Origin: an uncultured Eubacteriales bacterium
GTDB lineage: Bacteria; Bacillota_I; Bacilli_A; RF39; UBA660
Assembly: GCA_963536495.1 (NCBI GenBank)
Contig: CAUTAF010000002.1
Location: forward strand, 74,032 to 138,031
Reading direction: 5' to 3'
Length of the DNA: 64,000 nucleotides
Shown: positions 30,332 to 41,168 of the stretch, one piece after another
How positions within the stretch are numbered: position 1 is the stretch's first letter
Layout: each line of letters starts with the position of its first letter
Notes under the pieces: model-generated
The model's database searches: none
Told to the model about the DNA's origin: nothing
What the model saw: only the letters and a program-made list of their open reading frames with translations
Program-made: the position numbers and the translations under genes

Positions 30332-30413
30332 AAATAAAACAAAGTAATCAAATAAACTATATATAATACATGAGACAGAAAAAAAGAACGATCTTTATCT
30401 AGAAGAATTAGAA

Positions 30414-30446
30414 ACAAAAAAACTTCCAAATTGGAAGTTTTTTATT
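30414..30446. terminator. bidirectional terminator downstream of lysS
   Basis: AACTTCCAA-TT-TGGAAGTT with A-run and T-run flanks. Confidence 0.6.
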
Positions 30447-30450
30447 ATAT

Positions 30451-31920
30451 TTATTTTTCTGGTCTCATAAGTGGAAACATTACTACATCTTTTATATTAT
30501 CTGCGTTTGTCAAAAGTTGAACCATTCTATCTATTCCAAGTCCCCATCCAGATATTGGAGGCATACCATATTCCATAGCTGAAATATAATCATAATCCAT
30601 ATCCATAGCTTCTTCATCACCCTCATTTTTAAGTTTAAGTTGATTAAGAAGTTTTTCTTCTTGTTCTATTGGATCAACTAACTCAGAATAAGCATTAACA
30701 ACTTCTGCTCCATTTATTACTAATTGAAATCTATCAGCAATTTGCTTATTATCATCATTTGCTCTTGCAAGTGGAGATAAACTAATTGGATGTTCAGTTA
30801 AATATATTGGCCCAACAATATGAGGTCTTGCAACTTTCTTATATAGATAATCTATTAAATTACCATAACCTAGATTTTCTATTGGAGTATCACTATCTAA
30901 CTCAATATTATCTTCTTTTATTTTAGCTAATAATTTTTCTTTTGTATCATAAACATTTATATCAATATTTGAATATTTCATTACTAAATCTCTAAATGAA
31001 TAAGTTGGCCATTCTCCAGAAAAATCTATTTCTTTACCATCTATTGTTAAAGTTAAAGTACCAAATATTTTTTGTATTATATGTTGTAGAAGTTCTCTAA
31101 TAAACTTCATATTATCTTTATAATTAAAATATGCTTGATAAACTTCCATCATAGTAAAATCTTGTAAGTGAGTAGCATCCATTCCTTCATTTCTAAAGCA
31201 TCTTGCTATTTCATAAACTTTATTAATACCAGCTACTACTGCTCTTTTTAAATACATTTCTGGTGCTATTCTTAAATAAACATCAATATCAAGCGCATTG
31301 TGATGAGATAAAAATGGTCTTGCTGCAGCTCCAGAATTAGCTGTTGTTAATATAGGAGTTTCTATTTCATAATAACCATGACTATCTAAATAATTTCTTA
31401 CTTCTCTAATAAATAAGAAACGTGTTTTAAATCTATCTCTTGTTTCTTCATTAGTAATCAAATCTACATATCTTTGACGATATTTAAGTTCTTGATCACT
31501 TAAACCTAAAAATTTTTCTGGTAGTGGTTTTAAAGCTTTACCTAAAAATTTAAAGCTATTTGCCCTTAAAGTTTTTTCTCCTGTATGAGTTGTGAATATC
31601 TCTCCTTCTACACCTATAAAATCTCCAATATCTATAAATTTATTAAAAAAGTTATATTCTTCTTCACCTAATAAATCTTTTTTAAAAGATATTTGAAAAT
31701 CAGAATCAATATCTCTTAATTTTAAGAAACTAAGTTTACCCATATTTCTAACAAATACTATTCTACCAGCTACTTTAACACCAGTAGTACCATCTTCTAA
31801 AACAGAAGCTTCTTTTAAACTATGTGTTACTTCATATCTATCAGGATAAGCTTGTCTATTTTTTCTTATTTCATCTAATTTTTCTCTTCTAATAATTTCT
31901 TGTTCTGAAAATGTTCTCAT
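30451..31920 (-). CDS. lysS: lysine--tRNA ligase (class II)
   Basis: Class II aaRS motifs; anticodon-binding OB N-terminus; conserved GIGIDR. Confidence 0.95.
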   Translation of the reverse strand: MRTFSEQEIIRREKLDEIRKNRQAYPDRYEVTHSLKEASVLEDGTTGVKVAGRIVFVRNMGKLSFLKLRDIDSDFQISFKKDLLGEEEYNFFNKFIDIGDFIGVEGEIFTTHTGEKTLRANSFKFLGKALKPLPEKFLGLSDQELKYRQRYVDLITNEETRDRFKTRFLFIREVRNYLDSHGYYEIETPILTTANSGAAARPFLSHHNALDIDVYLRIAPEMYLKRAVVAGINKVYEIARCFRNEGMDATHLQDFTMMEVYQAYFNYKDNMKFIRELLQHIIQKIFGTLTLTIDGKEIDFSGEWPTYSFRDLVMKYSNIDINVYDTKEKLLAKIKEDNIELDSDTPIENLGYGNLIDYLYKKVARPHIVGPIYLTEHPISLSPLARANDDNKQIADRFQLVINGAEVVNAYSELVDPIEQEEKLLNQLKLKNEGDEEAMDMDYDYISAMEYGMPPISGWGLGIDRMVQLLTNADNIKDVVMFPLMRPEK

Positions 31921-32534
31921 TATACCTCCACTACACTTGTTTTTGCTATTATATCATGTATTGCTTGTTTCTTAATTAAAAATACTAAGAAATTAATTAT
32001 CATAAAAGTTAAAGTTACTGGTGTTATATATTTTATATATAAAGAAAATAAAGAATAATTAATTCCTGATATTAAATATAATACAAAAGATGTACAAATA
32101 AAGTTTCTTGCTAACTCTTCTCTTATTAATAAGTTAGATAAACTTTGATATTCCACTTTAATCTTAAAAATTTTTTTAAATAGTGTTTGACCATCGTTAA
32201 AAAATGGGAAAACTACAAAATATACTATAGTTAATAACAGTATAATAATTTTTTGTGATAAGAAATATAAACTGTATCTATGTTTATATTGAGCTTTTTT
32301 AGTTTCTTCACTTAAATTTTTAATTCTATTTTCTAATTCTAAAGCTTTCTTTGCATCACTAATTGATGTTTTACTAAAATATTCTCCTGTTAGTTCAACT
32401 ATTTCTTGACTATAATTTTTAAATTCTTCACTTACTTTTTTATCATTTGATTGAATTGGTCTTGTTAAAAATACTACTAAAACAATCAAAACTATAGTGT
32501 CAAAAATATATGCTCCAACTCTTTTTATACCCAT
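31920..32534 (-). CDS. RDD-family membrane protein
   Basis: N-terminal RVGAYIFDTIV pattern plus TM helices. Confidence 0.4.
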   Translation of the reverse strand: MGIKRVGAYIFDTIVLIVLVVFLTRPIQSNDKKVSEEFKNYSQEIVELTGEYFSKTSISDAKKALELENRIKNLSEETKKAQYKHRYSLYFLSQKIIILLLTIVYFVVFPFFNDGQTLFKKIFKIKVEYQSLSNLLIREELARNFICTSFVLYLISGINYSLFSLYIKYITPVTLTFMIINFLVFLIKKQAIHDIIAKTSVVEV

Positions 32535-32535
32535 A

Positions 32536-33504
32536 TTATAAAGTCTCCTTAAATGTTTTTAGTAAGTTTATTATATCACAAATATTGTTAATTTTATTTA
32601 TTTCAACTTTTATTTCTTTAGAATTTTTTATACCTTTTAAATAAAATCCTAGTATCGACCTCATTTCAAGTACAACTTGTCTTTCATCTTTTTCTTCTAA
32701 AGCATATTTTATATGTTTTAATGCTATATCAATTATTTCTTTTTCAGTCTTGTTATCTGGAATTTTATCATAAATTAAATAATCATTTATCTCTTTAAAG
32801 ATATATGGTTTACCTAATGATCCTCTTCCTATCATTAATCCATCAACTTTGGAATAATCTAATTTTTCTTTTGCATCTTTATAGTTTTCAATATCACCAT
32901 TTCCTATAACAGGAATATTTACTGTTTCTTTAACTTTTCTTATTAAATCCCAATCAGCTTTACCACTATATCCTTGACTTCTAGTTCTACCGTGTATAAA
33001 TATTGCTTTAGCACCATTTAATTCTACTATTTTTGCTATTTCAATACAGTTTATTGAGTTTAAATCCCAACCTGTTCTAATTTTTACAGTCAATGGTATA
33101 TCTATAGCACTACTAACTTCTTTTACTATTTCTCCAATTAACTCTGGATATTTCATAAGTGATGATCCAGCTTTTGATCTAATAGCAATTTTAGGAACTG
33201 GACATCCCATATTAATATTAAGCATATCTGGTTTGATCAGTTCGCATACTTTAACTGCTGCTTCTTTTAAACTCTTAGCTGAATCACCAAATAATTGAAT
33301 ACAAACAGGTCTTTCTTTTTCATCTATCTGTAACATTTTCATAGTTTTATTATTATCATAAAGAATAGCTTTATCACTTATCATTTCACTAACCACAAGA
33401 CCACAATCATATTCTTTACATAATTTTCTAAAAGCTAAATCTGTAAAACCAGCCATAGGTGCTAATACTAAATTGTTTTTTAATTCTACATTACCTATCT
33501 TCAT
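32536..33504 (-). CDS. dusB: tRNA-dihydrouridine synthase
   Basis: LAPMAGFTD and NMGCP motifs of the Dus TIM barrel. Confidence 0.9.
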   Translation of the reverse strand: MKIGNVELKNNLVLAPMAGFTDLAFRKLCKEYDCGLVVSEMISDKAILYDNNKTMKMLQIDEKERPVCIQLFGDSAKSLKEAAVKVCELIKPDMLNINMGCPVPKIAIRSKAGSSLMKYPELIGEIVKEVSSAIDIPLTVKIRTGWDLNSINCIEIAKIVELNGAKAIFIHGRTRSQGYSGKADWDLIRKVKETVNIPVIGNGDIENYKDAKEKLDYSKVDGLMIGRGSLGKPYIFKEINDYLIYDKIPDNKTEKEIIDIALKHIKYALEEKDERQVVLEMRSILGFYLKGIKNSKEIKVEINKINNICDIINLLKTFKETL

Positions 33505-33531
33505 TTTAAATTAAAAGTAAGTTATAACAAC

Positions 33532-35427
33532 TTACTCTCCTTTTTTATTTTTAATTACTTTTTTAGATTCTTCTTTTAATTCAGTGTTTTCTTCTGGTAA
33601 TTTACCAGTTTCTACTAAAGAATCTATTTCTTCTTTATTTAAAGTTTCTTTATCTAATAAAGTATTTGCTAAAAGTTTTAATAATTTATCATTTTCTTTT
33701 ATTATCTTTTTAGCTTTTTCATAACATTCTTGAAGTATTTTTTGAACTTCTTGATCTATTTCTAACGCTACATGATCAGAATAATTTTTAACTCTTGCTT
33801 CTTCTCCTAAATAATAACCACTAGATCTATGCTCATATTGAACTGGTCCAAGTTTACTCATTCCATATTCAGTAACTATAGATCTTGCTATTTTAGTAGC
33901 TTTTTCAAAATCATTATGTGCTCCTGTTGTTACATCTTCAAAATATATCTCTTCTGATGCACGTCCACCAAATAAACCTACAATTCTTTCTAAAAGTTCA
34001 TTTTTAGTTGCTAAATATTTTTCTTCCTTAGGTAACATTAGTGTATATCCACCAGCATCTCCTCTTGGAATAATAGTGATTTTATGAACTTGTTCTGCAT
34101 CTTTAAGTTTAATACCTATTACAGCATGACCAGCTTCATGATATGCAACAACTTTCTTTTCGTGATCTGTATATTTTTTAGAATTTTTAGATGGTCCACC
34201 AATCACTCTATCAGTAGCTTCATCTATTTCTAACATTGTTATTTGATCTTTATTTCTTCTAACAGCTAAAAGCGCTCCTTCATTTAAAACATTTTCTAAA
34301 TCAGCTCCACTAAAGCCTGGAGTTCTAGCTGCTATATTTTTTAAATCTACTTCTTTTGCTAAAACTTTATTTTTAGCATGTACTTTTAAAATATCTAATC
34401 TTTCATCTTTATTAGGTAAATCAACTGTTACTTGTCTATCAAATCTTCCTGCTCTAAGTAAAGCTGGATCTAATACATCAGCTCTATTTGTTGCACCTAT
34501 TACAATAACACCTTCATTATCTTCAAATCCATCCATTTCACTAAGTAATTGGTTTAAAGTTTGTTCTCTTTCATCGTGTCCTCCACCATTTCCAGATCCT
34601 CTTCTTCTACCAATAGTATCTATTTCATCGATGAATATTAAACATGGTGCTGCTTTTTTAGCTTCTTTAAATAAATCTCTTACTCTACTAGCTCCAACTC
34701 CAACATATAATTCTAAGAAGTCAGATCCACTCATATAGAAAAATGGCACTCCAGCTTCTCCTGCTACAGCTTTAGCAAGTAAAGTTTTACCAGTTCCTGG
34801 TGGACCTACTAATAAAAATCCTTTAGGAATTCTTGCTCCCATAATTTTAAATTTTTTAGGATTTCTTAAGAAGTCTATCATTTCTTCTACTTCTTCTTTT
34901 TCTTCTTTTAATCCTGCTACATCTTTAAACTTAAATTTTGGTTTTGTACTAAGTTTTGCTGTACTTTTACCAAAATCTAAACCTTTAGCTCCAGATTGCA
35001 ACTGACTAGTAAGAAACCAACCTGCTACTCCTAAAATCAATATTAATGGGGCAAAATTTAAGAACACTGCAAGTAATTCATTATTACTTGTATCAGGTTT
35101 TACAGTTAAATTATATTGCAATTCTTTTTTATCATTTTTAACTGATAATTCTTTTAATGTATTATCAGATAACGGTGTTTTTACAATAAATTTATCGTAG
35201 TTTTTAGCATTCTTTAATTTACCAGTTATTACATATAATGAATTTTTTTGATTCGGAGTTACTTCTATTTCTTCTACCTTATTTTCATTTATATTCTTTA
35301 ATAATTCTGAATAAGTCATATCTTTATGATTATATCTAGTAAACATATATACTATAAATACTACTACAGCTATAGATATAAGACTAATATATGGTATTAA
35401 TGATTTATTAAATTTTTTATTTTTCAT
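33532..35427 (-). CDS. ftsH: ATP-dependent zinc metalloprotease FtsH
   Basis: GPPGTGKT, DEID, HEAGHA. Confidence 0.95.
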   Translation of the reverse strand: MKNKKFNKSLIPYISLISIAVVVFIVYMFTRYNHKDMTYSELLKNINENKVEEIEVTPNQKNSLYVITGKLKNAKNYDKFIVKTPLSDNTLKELSVKNDKKELQYNLTVKPDTSNNELLAVFLNFAPLILILGVAGWFLTSQLQSGAKGLDFGKSTAKLSTKPKFKFKDVAGLKEEKEEVEEMIDFLRNPKKFKIMGARIPKGFLLVGPPGTGKTLLAKAVAGEAGVPFFYMSGSDFLELYVGVGASRVRDLFKEAKKAAPCLIFIDEIDTIGRRRGSGNGGGHDEREQTLNQLLSEMDGFEDNEGVIVIGATNRADVLDPALLRAGRFDRQVTVDLPNKDERLDILKVHAKNKVLAKEVDLKNIAARTPGFSGADLENVLNEGALLAVRRNKDQITMLEIDEATDRVIGGPSKNSKKYTDHEKKVVAYHEAGHAVIGIKLKDAEQVHKITIIPRGDAGGYTLMLPKEEKYLATKNELLERIVGLFGGRASEEIYFEDVTTGAHNDFEKATKIARSIVTEYGMSKLGPVQYEHRSSGYYLGEEARVKNYSDHVALEIDQEVQKILQECYEKAKKIIKENDKLLKLLANTLLDKETLNKEEIDSLVETGKLPEENTELKEESKKVIKNKKGE

Positions 35428-36752
35428 ATTTCCTCCTTCAATTCACATGTGATTATTATATCATATTTATCCGTCTTTTTCTTGAGTAAATTTGATTTTT
35501 TAATCCCCGGAATAAAGATCGTTTTATTATTACTATCTGTAATAATTGGATAATATTTTCTTATATCTTCTTTTACTTTACTATCCCTAAAAATATCTTT
35601 TACTTTCTTTGTTCCTAAATTATTTAAAGATATAACATCATCTTCTTCAATAGTTCTTATTATAAGTGGTAATTTAACATCTTTCTTATTTAATCTCATA
35701 ACAAAATTATTATCTACATTACCATCTTTATCTAAATAAATTTTAAACATATTAAATACTTTATTCTTATCTAATATTTCTTTATTTTTTTTATAATTAG
35801 TTTCATGGAAAAAATACAATTCTTTATATTCTCTTACTATAACTTTATTAAAAGGCATATCTAAAGTTTTTTTACCAGAATAATCTTCAGTTATAGAAAG
35901 TATTGAATTAAGATGTCTTTTATTAAGTTCTACTATATCAGAAAAGTATTCTGCTTCTAAAAATCTTTCTAAAATTTTTTTCTTGATAATTATATCTTCT
36001 TTATTAAATTTTTCTAAATTTATTTTATTGTTATTTACAATATTTTCATAAACTTCATCAACTTTTTTATCAATATAACTATTCATTTCATCTAACAATA
36101 AAGAATATTCTAAAAAACTAGTATTTATATTAGGATTTTCTTTTCTTAAAAGTGGTATTATTTTAAGTCTATATCTATTTCTTGTAAATAAACTTATTTT
36201 ATTAGTTTTATCTATAAAATATTTTTGTTTCTTTTCTTTTAAATATTTTAATATTTCTTTCTTATCTGCAAGAAGTAAAGGTCTTACTAAACTATAATTA
36301 TTTCTCTTATCTTCTATTTTAAAACCTTTATATCCATTTATTGTGCTACCTCTTACTAATTTCATTAAAACTGTTTCAATAAGATCATCTGAATGATGAG
36401 CAGTAAATAAATATTTTGAATTATATTTATCAATCATTTTTTCAAAAAATTCATATCTTGCTTCTCTTGCTTTTGCTTCTAAATTTTTTAAATCTCTTGG
36501 GAAATAATCATATATTTCAAATATTAAAGAATTACGTTCACAAAAATCTCTTATATATCTTTCTTCTTTTTCACTTTCTTTTCTTAAATGATGGTTTACA
36601 TGTGCTACTACTATATTAAAGTGATACATATCTTTTAAACTTTTTAAAACTAGTAAAAGAGCCATTGAATCAGGCCCTGTAGATACTGCACATATAACAT
36701 TATCATTTTCTTTAATTTTAAGTTTTTCTATATATTTTATAACTTCTTTCAC
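35424..36752 (-). CDS. tilS: tRNA(Ile)-lysidine synthetase
   Basis: PP-loop AVSTGPDS; gene order divIC-tilS-ftsH. Confidence 0.9.
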   Translation of the reverse strand: MKEVIKYIEKLKIKENDNVICAVSTGPDSMALLLVLKSLKDMYHFNIVVAHVNHHLRKESEKEERYIRDFCERNSLIFEIYDYFPRDLKNLEAKAREARYEFFEKMIDKYNSKYLFTAHHSDDLIETVLMKLVRGSTINGYKGFKIEDKRNNYSLVRPLLLADKKEILKYLKEKKQKYFIDKTNKISLFTRNRYRLKIIPLLRKENPNINTSFLEYSLLLDEMNSYIDKKVDEVYENIVNNNKINLEKFNKEDIIIKKKILERFLEAEYFSDIVELNKRHLNSILSITEDYSGKKTLDMPFNKVIVREYKELYFFHETNYKKNKEILDKNKVFNMFKIYLDKDGNVDNNFVMRLNKKDVKLPLIIRTIEEDDVISLNNLGTKKVKDIFRDSKVKEDIRKYYPIITDSNNKTIFIPGIKKSNLLKKKTDKYDIIITCELKEEI

Positions 36753-37045
36753 GCTTCACCTTTAGGAATCCGAATAATGTATTCACCTTCCTTCGAGTAC
36801 AAAAATTTTTCTCTAAGATATCTTGCTACATATTCTGGATTTTTTAATTTTTCAACATCAGAATTAAGTTTTTCTTCTTGTTGTTTTAATTTTATTATTT
36901 CTCTTTCTGTTGCTTGTTTTTCTTTTTTAACTTTATTTATTTTTTGCCATGAATTATAAATATTTAAAAAAATAAAAAAAGATAGTACGAAAAAAAACAA
37001 AGCTTCTAAAAATGATTTAAAACTACTTTTCATCTTTTTTTTCAT
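36749..37045 (-). CDS. divIC: septum formation initiator (DivIC/FtsB family)
   Basis: TM helix plus coiled coil; conserved position upstream of tilS. Confidence 0.6.
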   Translation of the reverse strand: MKKKMKSSFKSFLEALFFFVLSFFIFLNIYNSWQKINKVKKEKQATEREIIKLKQQEEKLNSDVEKLKNPEYVARYLREKFLYSKEGEYIIRIPKGEA

Positions 37046-37126
37046 ACTATCACCTATCTATCATAATTATACAAAATAATTAGACTAGATAAATATTTAT
37101 ATTACTATTTATTTTTTATTTGACAA

Positions 37127-37348
37127 TTAATCTCTTGCAAATGGTAATAGTGCTATTGCTCTAGCTTTCTTTATTTCTCTTGCAATAATTCTTTGATCTT
37201 TAGCACATGCACCTGTAGCTCTTCTTGGTAATATTTTACCTCTTTCGTTAATAAGTTTTGATAAAGTTTCTACATCTTTGTAGTTTACTTCCTTACCACT
37301 ACATATTATACATACTTTTTTTCTTCTATTATTACGATAATCTGCCAT
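37127..37348 (-). CDS. rpsR: 30S ribosomal protein S18
   Basis: Sequence identity pattern. Confidence 0.95.
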   Translation of the reverse strand: MADYRNNRRKKVCIICSGKEVNYKDVETLSKLINERGKILPRRATGACAKDQRIIAREIKKARAIALLPFARD

Positions 37349-37363
37349 TATTCATTCCTTTCC

Positions 37364-37816
37364 TTAAAAAGGTAACTCTTCATCGCTAATTTCATCTACT
37401 TTGATGTCTTTTCCAAAATCTGAGTATATATCAGTTGTATCATCTATATTAAAATCTGATGGTTTTACTGAACTAACTCCAGAATCTGTCATATTAGAAT
37501 CTACTTTAGATAAAAATTGAACATTTGTAGCTACAACTCTATATGTTGTTCTAGCATTACCATCTTTATCGTTAAATCTATCCATTCTAATACTTCCATC
37601 TATAGCAACTTGACTTCCCTTTTTTAAATATTTGTTTACATTTTCTGCTGGTTTATTCCAAACCTCAATATTGATAAAATCTGCTTCTTGAGTTCCATCT
37701 TCTCTTCTAAAGTTTCTATCAACAGCTATAGAAAAATTTGCTACTGCTGTTTGATTACTTGTATATCTAAGTTCTGGATCTCTTGTTAATCTACCAATTA
37801 AAAATACTTTGTTCAT
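37364..37816 (-). CDS. ssb: single-stranded DNA-binding protein
   Basis: OB fold; C-terminal DEELPF. Confidence 0.95.
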   Translation of the reverse strand: MNKVFLIGRLTRDPELRYTSNQTAVANFSIAVDRNFRREDGTQEADFINIEVWNKPAENVNKYLKKGSQVAIDGSIRMDRFNDKDGNARTTYRVVATNVQFLSKVDSNMTDSGVSSVKPSDFNIDDTTDIYSDFGKDIKVDEISDEELPF

Positions 37817-37828
37817 ATTTTTCTCCTA

Positions 37829-38119
37829 TTATTTTTCATCTTTAACTATTAAATGACGAATAATATTTTCACTTATTGTTGCTACTCTATCGAATTCTTT
37901 AATATCATTAACATTTTCAGTTTTGAAAGTTAATAAGAAATAGTATCCTGTTTTAAATTTCTTAACTTCATATGCTAATTCTCTTTGACCCATTTCTTTT
38001 AATTCTACATTTTGTGCTTTTGTTGATAAAACTAATGCTTTATAATCTTCAGCAACTTTTTTGATTTCAGCTACTTCAAGATTAGGTCTAACGATAAACA
38101 TTATTTCATAATTACGCAT
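37829..38119 (-). CDS. rpsF: 30S ribosomal protein S6
   Basis: MRNYEIMFIVRP... Confidence 0.95.
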   Translation of the reverse strand: MRNYEIMFIVRPNLEVAEIKKVAEDYKALVLSTKAQNVELKEMGQRELAYEVKKFKTGYYFLLTFKTENVNDIKEFDRVATISENIIRHLIVKDEK

Positions 38120-38225
38120 ATTTTTACACCTCCTTCTGGTCTTTACTGGCTATTTCTAGCAAGGAGCTTTTCACTCTTTTTGTATTATAACAAATAATAT
38201 ATATTTTTGCTACTAAAAATTAAAA
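38120..38225 (-). promoter_or_regulatory. rpsF promoter (extended -10 TGtTATAAT) and structured leader with an anti-SD element
   Basis: On the minus strand TTTGTTATAATAC, then a leader in which GCTCCTTG can pair with the SD CAGAAGGAGGTG. Confidence 0.35.
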
Positions 38226-38249
38226 AAAGAAATATCATTAAGGATATCT

Positions 38250-38424
38250 CTAGTCTATAGTAATTTCTGATTCTAAATTAGGATTAATATCTTCTTTTAA
38301 ATCAGTTTTTAGTATTTCTTCAGTTTTATTATTCTCAGATTTCTTTTCTTCCTTAGGTTTTTTTACTTGATTACAAGAAACTAGTAAAAAAGCTAATATT
38401 AATATTAGAAATATTTTTTTCATA
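38250..38424 (-). CDS. small lipoprotein (58 aa), absent from the ORF track
   Basis: MKKIFLILILAFLLVSCNQ... with lipobox LVSC; the ORF ends at TAG. Confidence 0.35.
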
Positions 38425-38427
38425 CCG

Positions 38428-39075
38428 TTACTCCTTATTAAACATCTTATATATTTTATATAACATATTTAATTTTATATCAGCATTTTTAGAATTTATT
38501 TTTTTTAAACTGTATTTGGCTACACTATTTAAATCTTTTCTATTTTTTAACAAAAGTGAGTGAAAACCAATATTTAACTTTTCTTTTTTTATTGTTTTAT
38601 TTACATATCTTGTTAATTCTTTTAAATATGATTCTAAACCTAAATAATCAGCATTTAAAATATTTTTATTATAAAAATCAACAGAAAGAGTATTTAATAT
38701 ATTACCTTTTTGATTTTTTATCATATCTCTTAAAAACAGTTTACTAAATAAATATAAAGAATTTAATTGATATTCATAACTAGTATTTTTACTATCACTA
38801 TCAAAAAACTTATCATTATTATAAAAATTCAAATTATTTATTATAAAGTCAGGATTTTCTTTTCTTATGAAAATATATATTTCTTTTATTTTAGATTCTA
38901 AGGAAATATCACTTGCAATTATTTGCATATTTACTTTTCCTTTATATTTATTTTGTGTATTTATTAAATTTTCTTTATCGCTATCTATTAAAATTAAATT
39001 ATTTTCTTTATTAGATAATAATTTTACATATTCCATTCCAATTTTTGAACATGCTCCTATAATAACTACTTTCAT
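38428..39075 (-). CDS. NAD(P)-binding Rossmann-fold protein (SDR-like)
   Basis: N-terminal VVIIGACSKIG. Confidence 0.4.
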   Translation of the reverse strand: MKVVIIGACSKIGMEYVKLLSNKENNLILIDSDKENLINTQNKYKGKVNMQIIASDISLESKIKEIYIFIRKENPDFIINNLNFYNNDKFFDSDSKNTSYEYQLNSLYLFSKLFLRDMIKNQKGNILNTLSVDFYNKNILNADYLGLESYLKELTRYVNKTIKKEKLNIGFHSLLLKNRKDLNSVAKYSLKKINSKNADIKLNMLYKIYKMFNKE

Positions 39076-39083
39076 ATACCCAC

Positions 39084-39590
39084 CTAATTTTTAATATCTT
39101 CTTTTACTAAATCTTTTTTTATTTTTAATATTTTATATTCTACCCTTTTTTGATTAATTTCTAAAAGTTCTGATATTTCTCTTGAATTAAAATCATTAAT
39201 ATATAATTCAAATATTTGAGAATCATCTAAACTTAAATTAAATTTATATTCTTTTAATTTATCTTTTAAATTCATAAAAACAATATCATTTTCTATATAA
39301 CTTGGACTTTCAAACTCTTCTTCTGTTTCTTCTTTTATTTCTAAAATATTATTATTAAGATTTTTCCTAAACCAATTGTTCATCTTAGCTCTAATACAAA
39401 TATATGCAAAAGTCGTAAAACTAGCTTTTAAGTTACTATCATATTTATCTATTGCTTCACTAAGTCCAATCATTCCTTCTTGATAAAAATCTTCATAATC
39501 ATTTTTATAAAACGGATATTGTTTTATATATTTATTCGCTAAATTTATTACTATATGTTTATATTCCAATAATTTTTCTTCTTTATTCAT
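39084..39590 (-). CDS. sigH: RNA polymerase sigma factor, SigH-like
   Basis: Sigma-70 region 2 (FYQEGMIGLSEAIDKYD) and region 4 HTH; conserved neighbourhood rlmB-mrnC-cysS-gltX. Confidence 0.7.
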   Translation of the reverse strand: MNKEEKLLEYKHIVINLANKYIKQYPFYKNDYEDFYQEGMIGLSEAIDKYDSNLKASFTTFAYICIRAKMNNWFRKNLNNNILEIKEETEEEFESPSYIENDIVFMNLKDKLKEYKFNLSLDDSQIFELYINDFNSREISELLEINQKRVEYKILKIKKDLVKEDIKN

Positions 39591-40284
39591 TTTTACCTTC
39601 TCTTACAATTTCATAAATCATAAGAGCTGCTGCAACTGATGCATTTAAACTATTAGTAGTTCCATACATAGGAATCTTAACATTGAAATCTAAATGTTTA
39701 ATTGTGGATTCGCTTATTCCTTTTCCTTCATTACCTATTACTACAGCAATTTTACCAGAATAATCAATGTTTTTAAAATCTTCTTTAGCATCAAGTGTAG
39801 TTCCTACTATCCAAAAACCTAACTCTTTTAATTTTAAAATTGTACTATTAATATTAGTTACTTGAGAGATTTTTACATTTTCTATTGCTCCTGCACTTGT
39901 TTTTACAACAGTATAATTAACATCAGTTGCTCTATCTTTTGGAATAATTATTCCAGTTAAATTAGCAGCTTCTACAGTTCTAACTATTGCACCTAAATTA
40001 TGAGGATCTTCTAAATGATCTAAAATAATAATTTTAGCATTTTCTACATTTAAATCTTCAATAGGAGAATACTTAAAATCTTCAATATCTAAAATTATAC
40101 CTTGATGAGGCATTTTAAAAAAATCATCCTTAGTATTTTTATCAAAGTAATTTATTTTAATATTCTTCTTTTCTAATAAAGAAAGTATATTTTCTTCTTT
40201 AAATCCTTCTTGTAAATAACATTTTTTAACTTTTTTATCCTTTAACAATATTTCTTTTGCTACATTTCTTCCACATACTAACAT
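39583..40284 (-). CDS. rlmB: 23S rRNA (guanosine-2'-O)-methyltransferase, SpoU/TrmH family
   Basis: SpoU motifs (VVIGNEGKGIS, LNASVAAAL). Confidence 0.8.
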   Translation of the reverse strand: MLVCGRNVAKEILLKDKKVKKCYLQEGFKEENILSLLEKKNIKINYFDKNTKDDFFKMPHQGIILDIEDFKYSPIEDLNVENAKIIILDHLEDPHNLGAIVRTVEAANLTGIIIPKDRATDVNYTVVKTSAGAIENVKISQVTNINSTILKLKELGFWIVGTTLDAKEDFKNIDYSGKIAVVIGNEGKGISESTIKHLDFNVKIPMYGTTNSLNASVAAALMIYEIVREGKNE

Positions 40285-40322
40285 ATAAATTTACTCCGTT
40301 TATATTATAACAAAAAAATCAG

Positions 40323-40736
40323 TTAAATACTGATTTTTATGTCATATATATAATTTAAGATATAATTTAATCTGTTTTTATCTTTAAAATATAAATATCC
40401 AATCAAACTTTCTAAAGCTGTTGCATGTTTATAAGTTACTACATCACAACTTTTAGGTTTATGATTAGATTTAGAATTTCTTGCTCTTTTTACAATATCT
40501 ATTTCTTCTTCTGTTAACATTTCATTATCAATTATCTCTTTTAAAAAATAAGCTTGAGATTTAGCATTAACATATTTTAAAGTTTCTTTTGCTAAATCTT
40601 TTATTTTACAAAGACCTTTATTGACATTTTGTTCTCTAATAAAACTTTCAAATATACTATCCCCTATATATGCAAGAACTAACGGATTAACTTCTAATAA
40701 ATTTTTATTATTTAATAAGGTACCATTTTCCATCAA
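40323..40736 (-). CDS. mrnC: mini-ribonuclease III
   Basis: LAYIGDSIFE RNase III signature; size; position next to cysS. Confidence 0.8.
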   Translation of the reverse strand: MMENGTLLNNKNLLEVNPLVLAYIGDSIFESFIREQNVNKGLCKIKDLAKETLKYVNAKSQAYFLKEIIDNEMLTEEEIDIVKRARNSKSNHKPKSCDVVTYKHATALESLIGYLYFKDKNRLNYILNYIYDIKISI

Positions 40737-41166
40737 TAAAACCTACTAATATCTTTTTATTATCAGTTGATTTTTCATTATTTACTATAGCAGTTTGAGA
40801 AACTTCAACTTCATAAGCTTTTTTAATATCTATTTTACATTCGTGTTTATAAGTATTTTTATATTCTTCTAATTCTTTTTTAGATAATAATCTTGCTGAT
40901 TTTATAGAATATTCATATTTTATATTATAATTTTTAATTGGAGCAAGTTGACTTTCTAACTCTATCTTAAATGCTTCATTTTTAGATAAACAGTTATGAT
41001 AAGCATTTGCTGCTTTCTCTACATTTTTTTCATTTATTGCTTCATATAATTTTTTTATTGGTGTCTTATAAGTGTTTCTATTAAAAATTATAACAACTGT
41101 AAGTGATAACGCTGCTACAACTAAAGAAACTAGTAATATATTAATCATTTTATCCATTCTTTGCAT
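40708..41166 (-). CDS. membrane-anchored hypothetical protein
   Basis: N-terminal TM helix. Confidence 0.4.
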   Translation of the reverse strand: MQRMDKMINILLVSLVVAALSLTVVIIFNRNTYKTPIKKLYEAINEKNVEKAANAYHNCLSKNEAFKIELESQLAPIKNYNIKYEYSIKSARLLSKKELEEYKNTYKHECKIDIKKAYEVEVSQTAIVNNEKSTDNKKILVGFIDGKWYLIK

Positions 41167-41168
41167 AT

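Noticed and set aside
35424-35427. Missing hpt between tilS and ftsH as a possible deletion scar
   Set aside because: The genes overlap cleanly by 4 nt, so no scar is visible; hpt is simply absent or located elsewhere
36416-36959. Plus-strand ORFs 36416-36619 and 36777-36959 inside tilS and divIC
   Set aside because: Antisense to conserved genes
38556-39094. Plus-strand ORFs 38556-38747 and 38867-39094
   Set aside because: Antisense to the SDR-like CDS; low complexity
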